From the NCBI GenBank assembly GCA_026770705.1, contig JANJGN010000004.1:190712001-190776000 (forward strand): a DNA stretch of 64,000 nucleotides. The letters are read 5' to 3'. The position numbers were made by a program, and so were the translations under genes. Position 1 is the stretch's first letter, and each line of letters opens with the position of its first letter. Origin of the DNA: Isurus oxyrinchus (taxonomy: Eukaryota). Of this stretch, positions 34,661-47,074 are shown piece after piece. The notes below the pieces were generated by a model. The model ran no database searches and was not told the DNA's origin. It saw only the letters and a program-made list of their open reading frames with translations.

Positions 34661-35264
34661 GATAAATGTTTGGACATTCCTGGATGCCTTGTTTCCAGTA
34701 GTCTCTGTTAAACACAGCCTGGGGCTGTTTATGATGATATTTCATCCACAACATATAAAGGCTTTTCTTTATGTCAGAGTTGATTCTTTTGCCAATGATT
34801 TTAAATTGTTGTGCTCTGGTTCATGACCTTGCTGCTAATGCTGCCTATCTACTCTGTTCAGGTCCCTCGTGATTTTGGATTGCTAGAACATAAGACAATA
34901 AGAAGAAGGAGCAGCAGTAGGTCATTCAGCCTCTTGAGCCTGCTTTGCTGCTCAGTAAGATCATGGCAGATCTGATTGTGGCTTTAACTCAACTTTCCTG
35001 TCTGCCCCCCAGAATTCTTGACTCCCTTATTGATCAAAATTCTGTCTCACTCAGCCTGCGCTATATTGAATTACCCAGCCTCCACTGATCTCTGAGAAAG
35101 AGAATTCCAAGGAGTAAGGACCCTCAGAGAACAAATTTCTCCTCATCTCAGTCTTAAACAGGAGACTTTTATTTTAAACTCTGCTCCCAGTTCTAGATTC
35201 CATCATGAGGAAAAAGATCCTCTCAGCATCTACCCTATCAAGCCCCCTCAGAACCTTATATGTA

Positions 35265-36012
35265 ATATTTGTGCCACACAAGTGCCAAGCAATGACCATC
35301 TCCAGTAAGGGAGAATGTAACCATTGTCCCTTGACATTCAATGGCATTGTCATAAGCTGTATCCCCCACTTTCAACATCCTGGGGGTTACCATGGACCAG
35401 AAACTGAACTGGACCAGCCATGTAAATACTGTGGCTACAAGAGCAGGATAAAGGCTAGTAATCCTGTAGTGAGTAACTCACCTCCTGACTCCCCAAAGCC
35501 TGTCCACCATCTACAAGGCACTGGTCAGGAGTTTGATGGAATACTCTCCACTTGCCTGGATGAGTGCAGCTCCAACAACTCAAGAAACTCAAAACAAAAA
35601 CAGAATTACCTGGAAAAACTCAGCAGGTCTGGCAGCATCGGCGGAGAAGAAAAGTGTTGACGTTTCGAGTCCTCATGACCCTTCGACAGAACTGTTCTGT
35701 TTTGTTTTGGATTTCCAGCATCCGCAGTTTTTCTGTTTTTATCAAGAAACTTAACACCACCCAGGACAAAGCAGCCCGCTTGATTCGCACCACATCCACA
35801 AACATTCACTTCCTCCATGACCGACGCACAGTGGCAGCAGTGTGTACCATCTTCAACTTGCACTGCAGGACCTCACCAAGGCTCCTAAGGCAGCACCTTC
35901 CAAACCCACGACCCCTACCATCTAGAAGGACAAGGGCAACAGACACATGGGAACACCACCACCTGGAAGTTCCCCTCTAAGCAACTCACCAACTTGACGT
36001 GGAAATATATTG
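35265..36012 (+). mobile_element. LINE 3' fragment
   Basis: [41 protein letters not shown]. Confidence 0.85.
35590..35741 (-). mobile_element. Second young Penelope-like short insertion with hammerhead motif (35656-35693, -) and 10-bp TSD
   Basis: TCAAGAAACT at 35580-35589 and 35742-35751. Near-identical to 14352-14556. Inserted into a LINE fragment. Confidence 0.8.
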
Positions 36013-36019
36013 CAAGGTT

Positions 36020-39000
36020 ATGCCTTGTGCTGCCACTTGTGAAGGAGACAGCAGTTGGGCAAGGCGGGGTCAGCCCTGGTTTCTTTGAGTGAGTGTGTGG
36101 CAGCTGTGGGATGACGAAGAACTGGAGTCCTGCAATGTCCCACTCTGGCTGGGTTGGCAGGGATGCGATGGGAATCCAGATACAGGCTGAATTAATTAAT
36201 GCTCTTCTCTCCTTTTAAGGAGAAGACTGCATACAATGCCGCCGAGCAGATACAGACTGGCCATATGGAGGCCAGGCCCAGTTGGCCATCTTGACTCCTT
36301 TTGAATGGCAGGCCATGAGTCTGGAGAGGTGCCATGCGCCCAGGTCCATCGGTGGCGGTGAGGCTGGGGTGCCACAGGGACCTATGTTTGCTGAGCACTG
36401 AGGTCACCATGTGTGTCCCAGCAGCCATGGCACTGCTGAATGCTGAGTGATTGAAGTTTGCAACATGGGTTGACCATTGATTATGGAAGGATTAGCGCAT
36501 ATCCGGGGGACAGACACGCACATTGACATTGTCTCCACTTTAACTGGTCAAATGTCCTTGTTCTTCTTTTCAGCATCACTGGAACAGGACCGGCAGGAGG
36601 AGGCAGAGGGGCCACCTCTCACACCTGAGGGCCCAGAACATATCGACTCACCAGCGTCACACCATCTCTGCCAGGCAGGCACCAACACAGATACTAGCAC
36701 CTCGGTGGGAATTAGATATTTGGCTAGTGTCCCAGGGCAAAGCGGTGAGAGCACTTCACACTCGCTTGAGGTGCTGACAGAGACAGAGAGTGCCCAGGGC
36801 ACCGCCAGTCAGAAGACTGCTGGAGACCAGGCACAAACTCAGTCTGTGGCTGATGATGGGCCTCTGGAGTCGTCCGTGAGGCAATAAATGCTGGAAGTGC
36901 AGCAGGGTATGCGGGAGGATCTGGCAGAGATACATGAGGATATGCGTGGCATGGTGCCCATGCTGGAGGAGTCCATGTGGAACCTCACCGATGCAATGAG
37001 CCTCATGGCTGAGCGCCATGCTCCCTCCATGGAGAGAATGGTGATTCTCGTATAGAAGCTCCTTCAGGGGACCAATCAGGGCCTCCTGGGATTGCGCTCG
37101 GAGCTGCAAGCCCTCACAGAGACATTGACTTCAGCTGGTCAGTGCCAGTGTTGAAGATGGTTTGGGCACCAAGTATCCCAGCTCGGTGCCGAGCCATCCA
37201 CGGTGAGCAGGGAGGTCCGAAGCAACCTTACGTCGTGCAGCAGCTGCCTGTCGTCTCTGCAGGCTCCTCTCAGGGCGCTCCGGATGAGGACAGCAGCTCC
37301 TACACCCCTTTCCCAGTGGCATCCGATGAGTCTGCGGCGACTGGGGAGATGCCAGGCGTGGAACTGGCCGCTCCCTCCCAGGCAGGGCCAGGGGCTAGGG
37401 GACGGCCGCCAAGGTCATCGAGGCCAACAGGGCAGCGCAGTAAGCAGGCTATCTCAGATGCCAGTGCCAGTGAGGGGACAGCTAGGGAGGCGTAGCACCC
37501 AGAAGCATAAATTTAAGGCACCTTAGGCACACCACGGGTTTTCACTGGTGCTTTTAGGCTGCCCCACTTTTAGTTCATTAAGACCTGGTGTGATGTGCAA
37601 CACCTTTTTATTTGGTTTCTGGTTCATTTTGTTGTATCATTAAATTTTGATATGTAAGCATGGTTCAGGGTGATTCCTTATTTCTGCAGGTAGACGGGAC
37701 CCCATGATGTTATGTGTGAGTTGTTTGATATTGAGCTTTATTGTCAGGGACCTTAGTTAAAGTTCCTATCCAGGCAGATTTAGCACTCAGGTATTGAGTG
37801 TGGAGCCTGCAGCCCTGGTCTGTGTTGAAGGTCTGTCTGTGGTGGGCTAGCTGAAGGTTCTTTAGATTAAAGCTTCCCAGGTGTCCCTGCCTCCCTGGAG
37901 TATGTCCGGGTCAGCGTCTACCTCCTCAGCATTTCCCTGTGTGTGCTCATCCTCAGACTCACTGCTCGACTCATCGTGGAGCAACTGCATCTACATCTTC
38001 TTTGTCCACTGCGTCACCCCTTTCACAATCCTTGTGGAGGCTCCTATTGTACCACTGCTCAGCCTCTGTTTTTGGATGGTGGAGAGGGGTCATGAGCCAC
38101 CTTCTGAGGGGATAGCCCTTGTCACCCAGCAGCCATCCATCCAGCCGGGCTGGAGCACTGAAGAGCCCCGGCACCTGGGAGTATCTGAGGATGCAGGCGT
38201 CGTGGGAGCTGCCTGGGTACCTTGCACAGACTTGTAGAATCTGCATCTTGACACACTATCTGCACGTTCAAGGATTGGAATCCCTTCCTGTTGATGAAGG
38301 CACCGGGCTCACCCGCTGGCACCTTGATGGCCAGATATGTGCAGTCGATTGCACCCTGGATGCGGGAGAAGCCAGCAATGGCCGCAAAGCCTCTGACTTG
38401 CTCTGTCTGGCTGGCCTCGTCCCAGCGGTGGTGAATGAAAGTCAATGCAAGACTGGACAGAGCATCTGTCACCTGCTTGACACAAGTGTGGACAGCTGAC
38501 TGGGAGACTCCGTAAAAATCACCCACTGACCCCTGGAAAGAGCCAAAGGCATAGAAGTTGAGGGCAGCTGTGACCTTAGCGCCACTACCTTGGGGTGTCC
38601 ACCCACATTGTTGGCGGACATCTCAGGGCCTATTACCTGACAAATGGAGGCAACTGTCTCCCTTGAGAGACGGAGCTTCCTTCGGCACTGCACCTCAGAC
38701 ATATTATGGTAGCTCCTTCGCCGCCTCTATACCCTGGCAGCAGGATAGTGGTGTCTTCTGCCGTCCCTTCCGCCTTGGACTACCTGTTGGACCTCCGCCC
38801 CTTGTTCCTGTGCCTCCCTCCGCCCCGGAGGCTGAATGTAAACTCCTGGCCTCCTCCCCCTTCTGGCCCTCCCTTCCTCCTCAGAGGAGGTGCCTCCAGT
38901 GGACAGCACAATTCCAATTCCCAGGCCAAGGGAAGGCTTCCTGAAAACTGTAGGCCCCAAAAATGATCTTTAGTGTGGAGTCCTGACCTGAAGGCTGTCC

Positions 39001-39300
39001 AAGCAGCTGGTATGAGTTTTGAAGTATTCCTGCTAAACATAGGCAGGTAGCAGTAACTTCACCATTAAATATCTAACAGATACCACTCGCGACCCCACTC
39101 ACCCCTCTTATCCTGCCCGTGGATGAGGTTTATACAAATGTCTCCTACCCGCCTGCCCGTTGCACCCGTGTGATGTCCTAATGATCGTCTGGGCCCCGAA
39201 AAATTGGAGACTCAAGGGCCTTAAATACCTGACCAATTAATGGCGGGTGCACACCCGAGAACATCGCCTGTCCCTGCACTCCAACGAGGAAATTCTGGCC
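36020..39300. mobile_element. Degenerate Harbinger transposon C: Myb-gene downstream exons on +, transposase on - (~38960-37850)
   Basis: [69 protein letters not shown]-like GAAATTCTGGCC ending at 39300. Confidence 0.87.
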
Positions 39301-39304
39301 ATTA

Positions 39305-42300
39305 ATATAGATTGTAAATAGTCGAAGCCGCAGCACTGAACCCTGTGGCGCTCCAATAATTATAGATTGTCAACTTGAAAATGTCCCTATTATCCTGACT
39401 CTCTGTTTATTATGCAATCCTCTAATCATGCTAAAATATCACGCTCAACACCAGGAGCTCTTTCACATGTCACCTTATCTAATGCCTTTTAGGCATTCGG
39501 CTGCACTGCGTCTACTAGTTCCCCTTTAACCATCCTGCTTCTTACATCCTGAAAGAGTTCTAATAAATCTGTCAAACGCCATTTCCCCTTCAAAAAACCA
39601 TATACTCTGCCTGATTGTGTTATAATTTTTTTCACATCCTGTTATTATCTCCTTAATATTGGATTCTAGCATTTTTCCAATGACAGATGGTTTCCAGCTT
39701 TCTGTATCCTCCTGTCTTGAATACAGATGTTGCATTTGCATTTTTTCAACCCACTGGGACCTTTCCAGAATCTAAGGGAATTTTGCAAGATTAGAAACCT
39801 TAGAACCATAGAAAAATTATAGTGCAGAAAGAGGCCATTCAGCCCATTGCAACCAAAGCATCCATTATCGTCACAACCACTTCTTTTAAGGCATTAGTTT
39901 GCAGGCCGTCAGTTTCAGGAGACTTATCAGCCTTTAGATCCATTAGTTGCCCCAGTACTTTTTCCTCTCCTGTTTGTGGTTGCTTTAAGTTCCTCCCTCC
40001 CTTTTATCTCTTGATTTTCCAGCATTCTTGGGGTTTTTTGGTGTCTTCTACAGTAAAGTCAGATATAAAATACATGTTCAAAGTTTCTTCCATTTCCTTG
40101 TTCCCCATTATTAATTGCCCAGTTTCAACCTCTAAGGTTCCAATGTTACTTTAACTATGACTTTCCTTTTTATATACTAGTAGAAGCTTTTACTGACTTT
40201 TTTATATTTCTTGCTAGTTTTCTCGAATACATTAATTTACCCCTCTTTATGTTTTGACATTCTTTTCTGGTTTCCAAAACATTCCCAATCCCCTAGCCTA
40301 CCTCTAAGGTTTGCAGTATTGTATGCCTTTTCTTTTAATTTGATACTTATCCTTAACTTCCTTAGTTAGCCACGGAGAGTGCTTTCATCTCAGAGAGTCT
40401 TTCTTCCTCAATGGAATATATCTTTGTTGAGAGTTATGAAATATCTCCTTAAATGTCTACATTGCTTCTCTTGTATCTTACCTTTTAACTTATTTCTCAG
40501 TCCACCTTAGCCAACGCTTTCTTCATACTCATATAATTGCCTTTATTTAAGTTGAAGACACATTTTCAACATCAAACTGAATGTGAAACTCTATTATGTT
40601 ATGATCAGCCTTGCCTAGAGGCTCCTTTACTTTGAACTCATTAATTAATTTTTTTTTTGCACATTACCAAGTCTAATATAGTCTATTCCTGGATTGGCTC
40701 TGAAACATACTGTTCTAAGAAACCATCCTGAATCCACTCTATGAACTCATCCTCCAGGCTATCTTTGTCTATTTGATTCCTCCAATTTATACAAAGATAA
40801 AAATCGCCCATGATTATTGCTGTATCATTCTTGCAGGTGCATATTATTTCTTGATTTATAACCTGTCCTACAGTGTAGCTATTGTTAGGGTGCCAATAAA
40901 CTACCCTCACCTTTGAATTGCTTCCTTTGCTATTTCTTACCTCCACCCAAACTGATTCGATATTTTGATTGTCCGAACCAAGATCATTTCTCACTACTGT
41001 ACTGATATCATCCTTTATTAACGGAGCTATCCTAGCTCCTATTCCTTTCTCCCTGTCTTCCTGAACTGAATATTAATGTACCAGCCTTGCTCACCTTGTA
41101 ACTACATCTCTCAGATGGCTATCATATGATACTTATTTCAATTTGTTATAAAAGCTGCTACCATTGATATGAAGAGTTTTTAATTCTGACTTTTTATCAT
41201 TTTTCCCTATTGCAGCCTTATTTTCTTGTGCACTCTTAAGTTTGCATCATCTGTCCCTTCCTGTCACACTCTGGTTACCAGTACCCAGACTGTTAGCCTG
41301 CATTAGTGTCTTGTTTTTTCACTTTAACATTCCAAATCTCCCCCCGTGTGAACCCTCCCCACTCCTCTGCATCAACAATTTAATTTAAAGCCCTCTCTAC
41401 AGCCCTGGTTACATGATTTGCCAAGATACTGGTCCCAGCGGGGTTCAGTTGAAGACCATCCCAAATTTACAACTTCCTCTTTTCTTAGTACTGGTGCTCT
41501 GTGAATTGAAACCCACTTCTCCCACAGCAATATGTGAGCCACACATTCAACTCCCTGATCATATTCATCCTATGCCAATTTGTCTGTGGTTCAGGTAGTA
41601 ATCCAGAGATTATTATCTTTGTATTTCAGCCTTTTAATTTAGCTCCTAGCTATAGCAACTCATAAAGCAAATCCTCTTATGTTATTGATACCCACGTGGA
41701 CCATAACAACTGGATCCTCCCATTCCCTCTCCAGCCCTGAGGAGATGTCCTGAACTCTGGCATCAAACAGGCAACACAGCCTTCGGGACTCACGTTCTCA
41801 GCAGCAGAGACCAGTATCTAACCCCCTAATTATAATATTCCCTACTACAACTATATTCCTTTCTAGTCCCCCCCACATCCTCCTGTACCACAATGGTGTG
41901 GTCAGTTTGCTCATCCATCCTGCAGTCCCTGCTCTTGTCCATACAAGCTGCACGGACATCACACTTGTTGGACATGTACAAGGGCTGTGGCTCCTTTATT
42001 GCTACCTTCTGAATCCCCATGGCTCACTCACCCTCCTGCCCCGACCATGGACCAAATCTGAAATCCCTAGCCCAACGGGTGTGACAGCCTCCTGGAACAA
42101 GGTCACTCCACCCCCTCCCCCACCTTGGTGTATCACAGTGTCAAAGCTCAGGCTCCAGCTCATTGACTCTGAGCCGCAGCTCCTCGTGCTGCAGACACTT
42201 ACTGCAGATGTTGTTGTGGATCAGACAGCTGTCCAGTAGATCCCACATGCTACAACTGCAACACATCACCTGCCCTTAACAAACTAGTTTTCAAGTTTAG

Positions 42301-42720
42301 AAATATCACAACAATTATTGTAGTTATATCAAGTAGTTAATCTAGTTACACTATAAATTTCATACAATACTTATAACTCCCTAGTACCAGTTTAAACTAC
42401 TGCTCCAGTAAATTAATGCTTCGAGGACAGCTCTGTGTTTATACTTTGATTAGTTTGCTTCCTGTTATAGTTAACTGATTGAAATCTTTAATTTCTCAAC
42501 TCGGAGTTTAGAGAGAAGAGAAAAAGTACTCACCAACCAATCACTTATCTGCTCCTCTCTGACATCACAATAAGATTTCTTTTGAACATGATCAGTGGGC
42601 TCTGAACCTACACTCCTCCTATCTCTTTTATTTCCCGTTGGTCTCACTCTGTTCTCACTCTCACTGCTGCTGTTGCTGCTCTTTTATCTCCTCACTCTCT
42701 CACTCTGCTCTATGTTAAGC
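39305..42720 (-). mobile_element. Degenerate CR1 LINE (5'UTR, ORF1, APE, partial RT)
   Basis: IESVWVEVRNSKG..IIMGDF..FLEQYVSEP, with ORF1 coiled-coil/esterase remnants. Confidence 0.8.
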
Positions 42721-42924
42721 TGCTCTGATGCTCTGGAAGCCTATTTCACCAGTGACACCCAGAGGCACAATAGCAGCAGACTGAATCTCCACCGCAGCAG
42801 TAAGTGCTGGGCTGGAAGTGCAGATTGGTCATCAGATGCTCCAACATGCTGGCTTCCATAGCTATTGATCAAGGTAAACACCTATCTCATGTTGGAAAGG
42901 TTGGGAAGATCCAAGTTGGATGTT

Positions 42925-43466
42925 GAACAAAGAACAAAGAAAAGTACAGCACAGGAACAGGCCCTTCGGCCCTCCAAGCCTGCGCCAATCATATTGCCCA
43001 TCAACTAAAACATTTTGCACTTCCGGGGTCCGTATCCCTCTATTCCCATCCTATTCATGTATTTGTCAAGCTGTCTCTTAAACACCACTATCGTACCTGC
43101 TTCCACCACCTCCTCTGGCAGCGAATACTTGACACTCACTACCCTCTGCGTAAAAAACTTGCCCTGCACATCTCCTCTATAGTTTTCTCCTCTCACCTTA
43201 AATCTATGTTCCCTAGTAATTGACTCTTTCACCCTGGGAAAAAGCTTCTGACTATCTACTCTGTCCATGCCACTCATAATTTTGTAAACTTCTATCAAGT
43301 CGCCCCTCAATCTCCATTGCTCTAGTGAGAACAATCTGAGATTCTCCAACCTCTCCTCATAGCTAATAACCTCCAGACCAGGCAGCATCCTGGTAAACTT
43401 CCTCTGCACCCTCTCCAATGCATCCGTATCCTTCTGGTAATGTGGTGACCAGAATTGCACGCAATT
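42925..43466 (-). mobile_element. CR1 LINE 3' end
   Basis: CVQFWSPHYQKD..RLRGDLIEVYKIM..FFTQRVV with an (AAGAACA)n tail. Same subfamily as 52745-54522. Confidence 0.9.
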
Positions 43467-44252
43467 GATGCTTTCATGTTCACTGACATTGTGCACAGAC
43501 CTTCTGACAGGCTTCTCAGTGCACCAGCCACTTTGTTGTGCGCACGCATCAGCCTTATTCAGTAGCCTGGCACACCAAATCCTTGTTGAGTGTCATGCAG
43601 CAGCACTAGTCTGCGACACTGTCTTCTGTTGAGCTAACACCTGTGGTGTCCTTTGACCCAGCCCTCCCCCAAGCTCCTTCACCCCTCTATCTCCTGTTGT
43701 CCCTCCTCCCCTCCATCATCAGTTACAAGACCTCCAATGCAGCACCGGGAACCTTGGTGCCTACTCTCTCCCAGGCTCAGACATTTGTGTGCTGCATTTC
43801 TCAGTTCCTCACACTATAATAGAAGTTCCAACCCACCTCCACTTTCAGGCCTCCTGGCTGCATTCCAATAATGTTGTTTATTTCCAGTTTCAAAGCCCCC
43901 TTCCTGATACCTGCAGCTAATCAACAACTTGGGTAACACTGGCTGTACACAGCAAATATGGAACCGAGGAGACAGCATGAATTCTACTTGTTGTGTGCAG
44001 CACAATCTATGTGTTTGAGTTAACGATGCATCGCAAACCCCACATCCATTCTCCACACTAAGCAATTTAGCACCCACTGAGTCTGATGGACATTCTGACA
44101 ACAATACTGGAAGCTAATGCAAACATCTTTCATTCTCACTTGATGCTGTGCTTTGTCCCTCTTATTACCAGCAGTTATACAAATATACCCGGTCTGTTAG
44201 TCTATACCACTTTTATTCTCCTTTTCTGCTCAACATAAACAGACTTCCTGTT

Positions 44253-44357
44253 TCCCAAACACTTCCAAAGAAGAGGCATATTGGACTCGAAACATTAACT
44301 CTGTTTCTCTCTCCACAGATGCTGCTAGAGTTTTTACAGCTCTTTTTGTTTTTCTTG
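44253..44357 (+). mobile_element. Penelope-like terminal fragment with 15-bp flanking direct repeat
   Basis: AACAGACTTCCTGTT at 44238-44252 and 44358-44372. Degenerate GACTCGAAAC..CACAGATGCTG motif between them. Confidence 0.65.
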
Positions 44358-45924
44358 AACAGACTTCCTGTTAGCCAGTTATTTCAGGGCCATTTCTCAA
44401 TGTTTGGGCTGTTTCACTAGAAGAGAAGAAACACTTCAACTGACTTTATTTCGGTGTCAAGACACAAGAAGCAGTGAGAGAAAGACAAAACACTGAAGAG
44501 TTGGCGATGAGTTCTCTCCACATTTGGCTTTCCATCGTCCTGCTGTTAGTCCCAGTGTGGGGTTACAGTAGGTGCTTTTGAATATCTGTTCAAATTCGTT
44601 GTGTTTCGTAAATTGTCCTTTCTATCATTTCACTGCAGGGTTGGGAGTGGGTGAATGTTCAGTGCAGGGTCAGAGCAACAGGGTGGGGTAGAAAGATTGT
44701 CAGGTTTCTAGCAAGATACAAAGAACGTGAAACAGCTGTTTCATTCAGCCCCTCGAGCCTCTTCCCAGATTCTTTGAGATTCCAGTATTTTCTGTTTTTG
44801 TTTCAGATTTTCAGCATCCGCAGTATTTTGCCTTTTATTTCGATTAGATCATGGCAGATTGGTATCCTAATTCCATCCTTGGTTCTGTATCTCTCAATAT
44901 CCTCATCAAACAGAAACCAATCAATCTCAGTCTAGATACCTTAAATTGACCCCCACCATCAACAGCTTTTTGGGGTGAGAGTTCCCCTTTTCACCTAGTT
45001 TTCAATGAAGAAGTACTTCCTGACATCAGCCCTGAACAGCCTAGGTATAATTATAAGGTTCTGCCCCCTTGTTCTCAACTCTTCCATCAGAAGAAATCTA
45101 TTGATTATCTTAAGGGCCGCAATTGGATCCTCTGCTGTTACGGAGGCAAACCAGATGACCGGTATTAAATCCTGAAGCGATCAGAGCACTGTGGGTAGAG
45201 AGTAAGTTCCCATTATCACTGCATCCCAGTCTGACTGATATACCCAGTTTCACACTCAGTACACGAAGTCTCGTAGTTTGTTTTCGGAAGACAGATGCCT
45301 GTCCCCTTGCTGTTTTCATATTCTCGCTTCCCCAACAGCATATTCTGGAAATAATTGGGCAACAACACTTGCGCATATTGTGAGTGCTGGGAAGGGTGTT
45401 CCGCTGTCCTGTGTGTAGTTTCACCCACACAGACGCTGCTCATAGTCACCGGCTCCGCGATGTGGTACAACCGTGACTCCCATCGCAATGTTACGTTTAA
45501 GGGTGCATATTCTGTCCGGGGTCAGGGTGACCCGTATGAAAGTGGGAATCGATTCAGGTCCGTGGGGAACCTCAGCAACGACGATGCCTCAAGAATGATG
45601 AAGCGGCTGAGCCGGGAGGATACCGGTGAAAATATGTATCGTGTGGAGCTCAATATTGGAAGATTTCAAACACTGAATTCTGGGAATGGGAGATGAGGAT
45701 CAGTGCTCAGGATTGTAGCTGCCCTTATAGTTCAATGGGTAAAGGCTCCACCTAGTCTGGGAGGTGAATTTTCCACCAAGCGGTCTGAATGGGACAATTT
45801 CCATTGCCCTGGTTAATTGGCCCTTCAGTGCACTGATTGGCCATTCGGGCACAACACTCTGATTGGCTAATCAGGGACCCCAGGGAGGCGCTTTGGTGTG
45901 TGTACAATGTAATAAGAGGTTACA

Positions 45925-46409
45925 GTGGGGAAGGGGGAGAGTGAGAGAGACAGGGTGGGAAGGGGGAGAGTGAGAGAGACAGGGTGGGGAAGGGGGGAGA
46001 GTGAGAGAGACAGGGTGGGGGAGGGGGAGAGTGAGAGAGACAGGGTGGGGGAGGGGGAGAGTGAGAGAGACAGGGTGGGGGAGGGGGAGAGTGAGAGAGA
46101 CAGGGTGGGGGAGGGGGAGAGTGAGAGAGGCAGGGTGGGGGAGGGGGAGAGTGAGAGAGGCAGGGTGGGGGAGGGGGAGAGTGAGAGAGGCAGGGTGGGG
46201 GAGGGGGGAGAGTGAGAGAGGCAGGGTGGGGGAGGGGGAGAGTGAGAGAGACAGGGTGGGGGAGGGGGAGAGTGAGAGAGACAGGGTGGGGGAGGGGGAG
46301 AGTGAGAGAGACAGGGTGGGGGAGGGGGAGAGTGAGAGAGACAGGGTGGGGGAGGGGGAGAGTGAGAGAGACAGGGTGGGGGAGGGGGAGAGTGAGAGAG
46401 ACAGGGTGA
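45925..46409 (+). repeat. 30-bp G-rich minisatellite (GAGGGGGAGAGTGAGAGAGACAGGGTGGGG), ~16 copies
   Basis: Near-perfect 30-nt periodicity visible directly. Confidence 0.95.
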
Positions 46410-47074
46410 GGTTAATTTAAACAGCACTAATTTCTCCTCTCACCAGCTGTCCGTAAACAGAAAGGTGTTTTTGACTTGCTTCCCCTTTGTATAAGCGGTG
46501 ATGTATTTCCCAACCTTTCAGTTTTGAGTCGATCTAATTTCTACGAATAACCCACAGTATGCTTGAGATAGGATGAACCCAAAAGGTTAGTTTATTTGTA
46601 CACACTCAAAACGTGGGAGGGTCATGACCTTGTCTCCTTTGCATTCATACAGTAAAAGAGGGATAGAGAAAAGATTTACACTGCAGATACCACAGAGAAA
46701 AGAAATAGTACTTCTTGTGGGTTCCAGCATCCAGAATCAGAGTCCAATGAGGTGTTCCTTCAAGGATGTTGTCAGGCTGAAAATCTATGCTGTAAAATTC
46801 ACTTGTCCAGTTGTATTGACTCCACTGATAGGCATAGTGAGAATTGAAGTCAGAATTGTAGGCAGTTCCATAGGCTTTCCAGTAGAAGCCATGTAGATGG
46901 GCCAGATGTCCAACCTGGGCCAGAGCTCCTTATCTGTGAAGCTGCTTGTAGGATGGTAAAAAAACAGACTGACTTTGCAGTACAGCAAGGCAACATTAAT
47001 AGTTAGTTGGTAGTACAGAACTTGAATATTGCTGAAAAAAGAGACGTGTCTAAGCTTTTCGGCTTCCACTCACA

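Noticed and set aside
43460-44230. Possible further Harbinger-Myb or Penelope coding remnants
   Set aside because: Too degenerate to assign by eye.
45867-46427. Repetitive ORFs and a CRISPR-like regular array
   Set aside because: Head-to-tail 30-bp minisatellite with no unique spacers, in a eukaryotic context.
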